Origin: an uncultured beta proteobacterium
GTDB taxonomy: Bacteria; Pseudomonadota; Gammaproteobacteria; Burkholderiales; Burkholderiaceae_C
Assembly: GCA_963706655.1 (NCBI GenBank)
Contig: CAVPNN010000006.1
Span: 74,356 to 138,355, forward strand
Length of the DNA stretch: 64,000 bases
Direction of reading: 5' to 3'
Below, in pieces: positions 51,680-57,827 of this stretch. Each line of letters begins with the position of its first letter. Position 1 is the first letter of the stretch. The position numbers and the translations under genes were made by a program. The notes under the pieces were generated by a model that saw only the letters and a list, made by a program, of their open reading frames with translations, did not search any database and was not told the DNA's origin.

Positions 51680-53510
51680 CGGTTTTCACCCGGGCGACCG
51701 TGGCCCGGTCCTGCAACTGGGCGACCGCGAAGCGCGCTTGCGCGCCGTACTCCACCAGCCTCGACTTCTGCGTCAGCAGGGCGGTCACGGCCATCTCCTG
51801 CAAGGCCAGTTGCTGCTCGCCGCGCAACGCGGCAACACGCGGGATCTGCACCTGCAGTTGTTTGGCCAGGGCCGCGATACGCCCGGCCAGGCGGTCGAAG
51901 CGGGCCGGCTCGTCGCGTTGCGCCTGGGCCAGCGCCGCATCGCGCCGCTCGGCCTCGGCCAGCGATTCGTCGATGCTGCGCAGGGACTTCTTCGCCTCCC
52001 AGATCCGCGCCGGGTGCTGGCGCGCCAGTTGCCAGGTCAGGGCACCTGCTATCCGTTCGGCGCGCTGGCGCGCGGTGGCGCTGCGCTCGTCCGGTGGCAG
52101 GGATGCCAGCATTGCCTGCGCACGTGCCAGGCGCTCGATGAGCGCGCGTTCGGATGCGTCGGCGAGCGCGCGGCCATCGGCCTGGCGTTCGGCCGCGGCG
52201 AGTGCCTCGCTCAACTCGCCGCGGCGCTGTCGAAGTGCGCCCAGATGGACCTTGCGGGCCTCGGCTCGAACAACGGGCAGCCGCTCGGCGTAGCCGGTGC
52301 GGCGGTTGTCGAGCATGTCGCCGAAACTGCCGAGATCGTCCGCCCAGCGCTGCAGGTTGGCGAGCAGGAAGCGCAGATCGCGCTGGTCCTTGAGCGCTTC
52401 CTGGAACGCGTGCGACGCGAGCAGCGGCGCGAGTTGCGACGGGTGCGGGATGTCGGGTACGGTCTCGGCCTTCCAGAGCCATCCGAGGTCGGCGCCGGGG
52501 TTCCTGTCCAGCAAGGCATCGACGAGCTTGCCCACGCGCACCGCGACAATCGTCTGGTCGAGCGCATCGATCTCGCGGTCGTAGGCGGCGATGGCCTGTC
52601 GATAGCCCTCATGGGCCTGCCCGTAGGCCTTCAGTTCGGCATAGGCATAGGGCACCGCAAGGCGCGCTTCGAGCACTGCCGGGTCACTCGCGTCACGGGT
52701 GCTCAGTTCCTGCCACGGCACGAGTGCGAGCCCGGGCTGCTCGAGCTTGGCGGCGGCCCAGCCGAAACCGAGCAGGGCCTTGTTGGCATACGGCCCATGC
52801 AGGCGCACACGCTGCAGATGCTCACGTGCGAGCGCCGGTTGATCGTCTTGCAGTGCGCCAAAACCGAGCGCGAGGTTGGCCTTGTCGCGCAGGCTGCGTT
52901 GTTCTTCGTCGGCCGCCGGCATCTTGCCCAGGCCCGCCAGCCATTGCCCGCCGCGGGCCAGGTCGCCGGTGCGCACCAGGGCCACACCCAGGTTGAAGCG
53001 GGCATAGGGCGTGCCCTTGGTGTCGGCCGCCAGGGCGCCGAGCACGTTCGCCGCGCCCGCGTAGTCGGCCGCCGCGATGCGCAGCTGGGCATCGAGCAGC
53101 TGCCGCTCTTCCTGCAACCCGCCCGGCAAGGGCGCCGCGACCTTGGCCAGCGCGCTCGCGGCATCGGCGCCGAGGCCGCGCTGCCAGCGGATCTTGGCCA
53201 GGGTGTACCAGGCCCGGTCGCGCATCGCGGGTGTCGTGCCCTGCTCGGCCAGGCGCGTGAAGATGACTTCGGCATCGCGGTGCAAGCCGTAGGACAGCAG
53301 CAGGCCGCCGCGCAGGGCCTCGCCCTCGTCGGCATGCGGCGGCAGGCGGTCGAACTGCTGTGACGCCATCAACGTCGTCACGGCCTGGAAGTCCTTGCCC
53401 TGGTAGAAGTTGAACAGCACGTCGCCCCAATGCGGCGCACGCACCTCGCCGCCGACGGCCGGGCCGGCCACCAGGGTGGACAGGGCGATGATGGACAGGA
53501 CCCGTTTCAC
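51663..53510 (-). CDS. TPR-repeat periplasmic protein with C-terminal coiled coil (615 aa)
   Basis: GTG start in a GTGA overlap (53507-53510). Signal MKRVLSIIALSTLVAGPAVG, TPR-like N-half, Arg/Ala/Leu-rich coiled-coil C-half. Confidence 0.75.
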   Translation of the reverse strand: MKRVLSIIALSTLVAGPAVGGEVRAPHWGDVLFNFYQGKDFQAVTTLMASQQFDRLPPHADEGEALRGGLLLSYGLHRDAEVIFTRLAEQGTTPAMRDRAWYTLAKIRWQRGLGADAASALAKVAAPLPGGLQEERQLLDAQLRIAAADYAGAANVLGALAADTKGTPYARFNLGVALVRTGDLARGGQWLAGLGKMPAADEEQRSLRDKANLALGFGALQDDQPALAREHLQRVRLHGPYANKALLGFGWAAAKLEQPGLALVPWQELSTRDASDPAVLEARLAVPYAYAELKAYGQAHEGYRQAIAAYDREIDALDQTIVAVRVGKLVDALLDRNPGADLGWLWKAETVPDIPHPSQLAPLLASHAFQEALKDQRDLRFLLANLQRWADDLGSFGDMLDNRRTGYAERLPVVRAEARKVHLGALRQRRGELSEALAAAERQADGRALADASERALIERLARAQAMLASLPPDERSATARQRAERIAGALTWQLARQHPARIWEAKKSLRSIDESLAEAERRDAALAQAQRDEPARFDRLAGRIAALAKQLQVQIPRVAALRGEQQLALQEMAVTALLTQKSRLVEYGAQARFAVAQLQDRATVARVKTDATPR

Positions 53511-54052
53511 TGCCAGACCTTGACCTCGAATTCGGGTTGCAGCTTGGCCAGCTTGTCGTGGATGCGCAGCTCGATGTACTTGGCGCCGGTGGCCTTGTCG
53601 AACTTGAGCGTCGCGCCGCGCCGGTAGTCGCGTTCGTGCGGGCCGCGGCCGGTGAAGAAGGCGGTCAGCTCGTGCTCGCCGCTGCGCAGATTGCCCAGGT
53701 GCAGGCGCTGCACGCCACCGCGGTGCAGGGCCTGCACCTCGAGCGGCGTGTACAGGTGGTTGGCAACCACCTTGTCACCGAGCTTGAGCTGGACTGATTC
53801 GAGCTCGAACAGCTTGCCGACGTCCATCGACAGGAACACCGCGACCTGGGTGTTGGCGGGAAAGAGCAGCTCTTCCTCGAGCACGAGCAGATCGCGGTTG
53901 AGCTGGATGACCTCGGCCTTGACGTCCTGGATGCGGGTGTCCAGGGCTTGCGCTGCCGGCAGCTTGTCCTGCGCCAGCGCGGGCAGGGCGCACAGCGCCA
54001 GTGCGCCAAGCACGAGCTCAGAAACTCGACGAGACCAGGAGCTGAAGGACAT
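53507..54052 (-). CDS. secreted protein of unknown function (coiled-coil segment plus beta-rich domain)
   Basis: ATG 54052 (MSFSSWSRRVSELVLGALALCALPALAQ). LDTRIQDVKAEVIQLNRDLLVLEEELLF, then a beta-rich domain. Overlaps the DUF3570 gene end by 35 nt. Confidence 0.55.
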   Translation of the reverse strand: MSFSSWSRRVSELVLGALALCALPALAQDKLPAAQALDTRIQDVKAEVIQLNRDLLVLEEELLFPANTQVAVFLSMDVGKLFELESVQLKLGDKVVANHLYTPLEVQALHRGGVQRLHLGNLRSGEHELTAFFTGRGPHERDYRRGATLKFDKATGAKYIELRIHDKLAKLQPEFEVKVWQ

Positions 54053-55010
54053 GGGCGTTGTGGGCATAGGGCTGGCCATTGCGGAGGTCGGTGAAGCCGT
54101 TGAAGTCGAAGCGCTTGAACTCGTAGGCACCGACCACCTTGAGGTTCAAGCGTGCCGGCGCGTTCGCGACGGCGTAGGTGACCCGGCCGCCCAGCCCGAC
54201 GCTGTTGAACGCACTCAACTGGCGGTTGCGTGTCAGATAGGTGGTTTCGGTGCTCGCGTTGTCGCTGTAGAAGAGCGCGGCACTCTGGCTGTAGTGGCGC
54301 AGGTAGGCGTCGGCGAGCCAGGTCCGGCCCTGGAAGTAGCGACTGCCACCGACTTCGACGGTGTTCGATCGGATGTCCCAGCTGTCCCAGAAGTAGCGGA
54401 CCTCGGCACGAACCGACGACACCTCACCCACGCTGGTGATCGTGCGCAGCTTGATGGCGCGGCTCGACCTCGTGCGCGGCAAACGCTCCGGGACATAGGC
54501 ACCGAAGACACGCGCTGCGCGGTAGGGGCTGCCCAGGTAACCTTCGTCGGACACGGCCTCCAGGTTGGCGCTGACCAGCCAGCGCGGTGTCAGGATCTGG
54601 GTCAGGCCGACGCGGTATAACCAGTGGCGTGCGGTCTCGTCGAACTGCGGTTCGCTCGACTTGCCGACCTTGTCGCTGCCGCGCGAGAAACCGAGGTTGA
54701 CCGTCGACTGGCCGCCGAACACTTCCTGTGCGACATCCAGGCTGACCGTGTCGGCGCTGTAGTCGGGCTCGCGGCTGCTCGTCATGCCGACCGTCAACAT
54801 CGAGTCCCGAACCGCCATGTCGACGCCCAGGCCGAACTCGGTGCGCGTCTCCTTGAAAGGACTGGCGGTGGTGACCACGTCGATCGACGCGTTGCTGATC
54901 GCGTCCACGTAGTACGAAGCGGTGGCGGACACCCGGTCGGCCAGGCTCTTGCGCACCAGCAAGGCCGGGCCGATCGCGCGCATGCCACCGCCGTCGTAGA
55001 CGTGGAACAT
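54018..55010 (-). CDS. DUF3570-family outer-membrane beta-barrel-like protein (ApbE flavinylation substrate family); true start probably upstream
   Basis: ...YYVDAISNASIDVVTTASPFKETRTEFGLG... with alternating beta-strand pattern and terminal ...LLVSSSF. The same frame stays open upstream to about 55165 and encodes RRSRRWLWLQLGAALSALLRFAGRLAGVLGGAFASAPA (signal-like), but there is no ATG/GTG/TTG there. Confidence 0.7.
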   Translation of the reverse strand: MFHVYDGGGMRAIGPALLVRKSLADRVSATASYYVDAISNASIDVVTTASPFKETRTEFGLGVDMAVRDSMLTVGMTSSREPDYSADTVSLDVAQEVFGGQSTVNLGFSRGSDKVGKSSEPQFDETARHWLYRVGLTQILTPRWLVSANLEAVSDEGYLGSPYRAARVFGAYVPERLPRTRSSRAIKLRTITSVGEVSSVRAEVRYFWDSWDIRSNTVEVGGSRYFQGRTWLADAYLRHYSQSAALFYSDNASTETTYLTRNRQLSAFNSVGLGGRVTYAVANAPARLNLKVVGAYEFKRFDFNGFTDLRNGQPYAHNAHVLQLLVSSSF

Positions 55011-55126
55011 GGCGTCGGCCTGGTCGGGCGGGACATCGACTGCCGTCGCCGGTGCGCTTGCGAAGGCCCCACCCAGGACACCGGCGAGGCGGCCGGCGAA
55101 GCGCAGCAGCGCGGACAGTGCAGCGC

Positions 55127-55351
55127 CTAATTGCAGCCACAGCCACCTCCTTGAACGCCGGTGGCGCCGCGTGCCCCTTCACGCACCACATGCACATGCT
55201 CGCGGTGTTTTTCGAGCAGCGGTTGGCGCGCCAGCTGCATCAGCGGGTCGGCCAGGCGCTCGCGCTCATAGGGCTTGACCCAGGGCTGCACGGCGCAACC
55301 GCCGAGCTGGGCAACGGCGACGATGGCAAGCGTGATCGACAGCGTTCTCAT
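55127..55351 (-). CDS. DUF4266-family small lipoprotein
   Basis: 74 aa, lipobox VAQLGGC, body PYERERLADPLM, C-terminus GARGATGVQGGGCGCN*. ATGA overlap with tlpA. Confidence 0.75.
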   Translation of the reverse strand: MRTLSITLAIVAVAQLGGCAVQPWVKPYERERLADPLMQLARQPLLEKHREHVHVVREGARGATGVQGGGCGCN

Positions 55352-55833
55352 TCCTTCACCAGGGCCCGGACCTGTTGTTCGTAGAGCTTCTCGACGCCTT
55401 CTCGGTAGCCGCGGTGCACATGGCGCACACGCCCGTCGCGGTCGATGACGACGGTGGTCGGCATGGCATCGAGGTCGTACAGGCGGCTCACGCCCTTGCC
55501 CGCGTCGAGCAGGACCGGGAACCTCACGCCAAGCGCCTGGGCGGCGCGGGCCGCGTTCTTCGGGTCGTCGTCCACATTGACGCCGAGCAGCGTGAAGCCG
55601 GTGTCGCGGTACTTGTCGTGCAGGTGGTTCAGGTGCGGCATCTCCTGCTTGCACGGGCCGCACCAGCTGGCCCAGAAGTTGATCATCACGACCTGGCCCC
55701 GTTGTTCGCCCAGGCGCAGGTTCGGGCCGGCGAGCGACTTCAGCGTGAAGTCAGGTGCCGGCTTGTCGGCAAGGGCCGGACCGCACAGCACGAGGGCAGT
55801 GGCCAGGGAGAGGGTGCGCAGGATCGGGACCAT
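55348..55833 (-). CDS. TlpA/ResA-family periplasmic thiol:disulfide oxidoreductase
   Basis: Signal peptide, PAPDFTLKSL, active site FWASWCGPCKQEMP, thioredoxin fold. Confidence 0.88.
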   Translation of the reverse strand: MVPILRTLSLATALVLCGPALADKPAPDFTLKSLAGPNLRLGEQRGQVVMINFWASWCGPCKQEMPHLNHLHDKYRDTGFTLLGVNVDDDPKNAARAAQALGVRFPVLLDAGKGVSRLYDLDAMPTTVVIDRDGRVRHVHRGYREGVEKLYEQQVRALVKE

Positions 55834-55843
55834 GGGTCGTCCT

Positions 55844-56479
55844 TCAGAAGAAGAGGCTGAAGCCGGCGCTGACCTCGAGGTTCTGGGTGCTCTCGCGCTT
55901 GCCCAGCAAGTCGAGCGAGAAGATGTGGTCACGCACGTCGACGCGCAGTGCGCTGCGCTCGCCAAGCAGCAGCCGCATGCCGAACCCGAGGTTGAGGGTC
56001 TGGCGCGACTGCTCGTTGAAGTTCGTGCTGCCGACGCCGCCGAGCACGAAGAAGGACGTGGCCTTGGCGCGGTTGGCGCCGAAGAAGGCCTCGCCCGGCA
56101 GCAGGTTGTAGCCGGCCGACAGGTTGTAGTACTTGAGCGTCTCGCTGCCGGTGGCGAAGATGCCGCCGGGCAGGATCTGGCGGTAGTTGTCGTCGCTGAC
56201 CTTGCTGCTGGCGTAGGCGCCCTCGACGAAGAAGTCCTCGGTGATGTGGTAACCCAGGCGCACACCGACGACGGCGCTCGAGCCGAAGTTCTGCGTGCCG
56301 TAGGTGCCGGCGAAGAGGCCGACCTCGAAGTCGCGCGACGGGATGCGAGGCAACTTCAGATCGCGCCGGTCGACGGCCGGGACCACCGCCTGACCTTCAC
56401 CGGGTTTGCGGTCCTGGGCCAGCGACGGCACGGCGGTCAGGGTGGCGGCACTGGCCAGGGCAAGCAGCAGAGGTCGCAT
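55844..56479 (-). CDS. small outer-membrane beta-barrel protein
   Basis: Signal MRPLLLALASAATLTAVPSLAQ, alternating strands, terminal GFSLFF. Confidence 0.65.
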   Translation of the reverse strand: MRPLLLALASAATLTAVPSLAQDRKPGEGQAVVPAVDRRDLKLPRIPSRDFEVGLFAGTYGTQNFGSSAVVGVRLGYHITEDFFVEGAYASSKVSDDNYRQILPGGIFATGSETLKYYNLSAGYNLLPGEAFFGANRAKATSFFVLGGVGSTNFNEQSRQTLNLGFGMRLLLGERSALRVDVRDHIFSLDLLGKRESTQNLEVSAGFSLFF

Positions 56480-56487
56480 GGTGGCTT

Positions 56488-57240
56488 TCAGAAGAAGAAG
56501 GACAGGCCGGCCGTGAACGCGCGGTATTCGCCATAACGTTCATCGGCCAGAAAGGCGGTGTAGAGCGTGTAGTCGACGCGCACGACGAAGCGGTCGCTCA
56601 GGTAGTAGCGCAGCCCGATCGCGGCGTTGGCCAGGTTGGCATTGGTCGGCACGGCGTTGACCAGGCTCAGGTTGGGCAGGTTGTCGAACCGGCCGACGCC
56701 GATGCCGAAGTAGGGCGACCAGCGGCGGTCGGACCAGGGCTCGCTGGTCAGGTTGACTTGCCAGTAGTCGGTGCCCGAATACAGCCCCTGCACCTGGCCC
56801 AGGCTGCCCTCGATCGCCAAGGTGTCGGCCAGGCGGTAGCTGGCCCACAGCTTGAGCATCGGCTCCTTCTCGAATCGACCCAGCGACGCGCCGAGTTCGA
56901 GACGGCGGCGCAGGTAGTCGTCGACGGCGACGTCGAAGAAGCGCTTGCGCTCGCCACTCGCGGTGAGCGTGGAAGCGAGCTGGGTGCGATGCACCCAGCC
57001 GACCTGGCCGCTGGCGGTGCGCACGCGGTACCAGTCGGTGCGGCGCTGCTCGATCTCGATCCACTCGCTGCGCTCGGCGACATGGAACTTCGGATAGCCG
57101 CGCCCCGGTCCGGTGTGCAGGTCGACAAAGGGGTCGGTGATCTGGAGCCGTTCGACCGGGGGCTCGGCGGCGTGCAGTGGCGCAGCCAGGCCGAGCCACA
57201 GCGACAGTCCGAGCAAGGTCGTGATCAGTCGGTGTTGCAT
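56488..57240 (-). CDS. SH3b-like domain fused to an outer-membrane beta-barrel
   Basis: Signal peptide, SH3-like GYPKFHVAERSEWIEIEQRRTDWYRVRTASGQVGWVHRTQL, then barrel strands ending GLSFFF. Confidence 0.65.
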   Translation of the reverse strand: MQHRLITTLLGLSLWLGLAAPLHAAEPPVERLQITDPFVDLHTGPGRGYPKFHVAERSEWIEIEQRRTDWYRVRTASGQVGWVHRTQLASTLTASGERKRFFDVAVDDYLRRRLELGASLGRFEKEPMLKLWASYRLADTLAIEGSLGQVQGLYSGTDYWQVNLTSEPWSDRRWSPYFGIGVGRFDNLPNLSLVNAVPTNANLANAAIGLRYYLSDRFVVRVDYTLYTAFLADERYGEYRAFTAGLSFFF

Positions 57241-57827
57241 GTGCCTGTCGTCGGATCTGCCGGTGTGAAGAGGTTGTGGCCGGCGCTGCTGAATTCGTCC
57301 TGGCCGCGTGGCATCGGGTGTTCGATCCAGTAGCGAAGCACCTTGACCAGGGGGTCGTCGATGCTGTGGAAGACCAGGCCACCGCCATGCAGCACGTTGA
57401 GCAGCAGCGGCTTGGCGATCAGGCGGCTTTGCAGCGTGGCGCCGAGCACGACTTCGCCTTGAGCCGAGTAGAAGTTGCGGTACATATCGGTGCCACGCAC
57501 CACCTCGGGCGTGTTGGCGGCCAGGCTCAGGTCGACCGGCGCCGCATTCGGCACGATGCGCAATGCGCCGCCGGTTCCGCTGACGTTGTCGTGGCAGCCC
57601 GAGGCAGCGCAGGTATTGATTGCGGTGGCGCCGCTCTGCGTCACCGGCAGGGGTGCCAGCAGGATCGGCTGCACGCAGCGCTGGTAGTAGATGAACGAGA
57701 GCTTCTGACCGTTGCCGGTCGCGGCGCCGTTCACGACCGTGGGCGGATTGCCGAGCGGGTTGTCACCACCGCCGCAGGCGGCGAGCGTGGCCAGGCCCAT
57801 GACCATCAAGGCGAATCGATTGTTCAT
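57225..57827 (-). CDS. lipoprotein with one PSCyt1-like (planctomycete cytochrome c-like) C-x4-CH motif
   Basis: MNNRFALMVMGLATLAACGGG lipobox; YQRCVQPILLAPLP...NTCAASGCHDNVSGTGGALRIV. ATGA overlap with the upstream gene (57824-57827). Confidence 0.6.
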   Translation of the reverse strand: MNNRFALMVMGLATLAACGGGDNPLGNPPTVVNGAATGNGQKLSFIYYQRCVQPILLAPLPVTQSGATAINTCAASGCHDNVSGTGGALRIVPNAAPVDLSLAANTPEVVRGTDMYRNFYSAQGEVVLGATLQSRLIAKPLLLNVLHGGGLVFHSIDDPLVKVLRYWIEHPMPRGQDEFSSAGHNLFTPADPTTGTCNTD

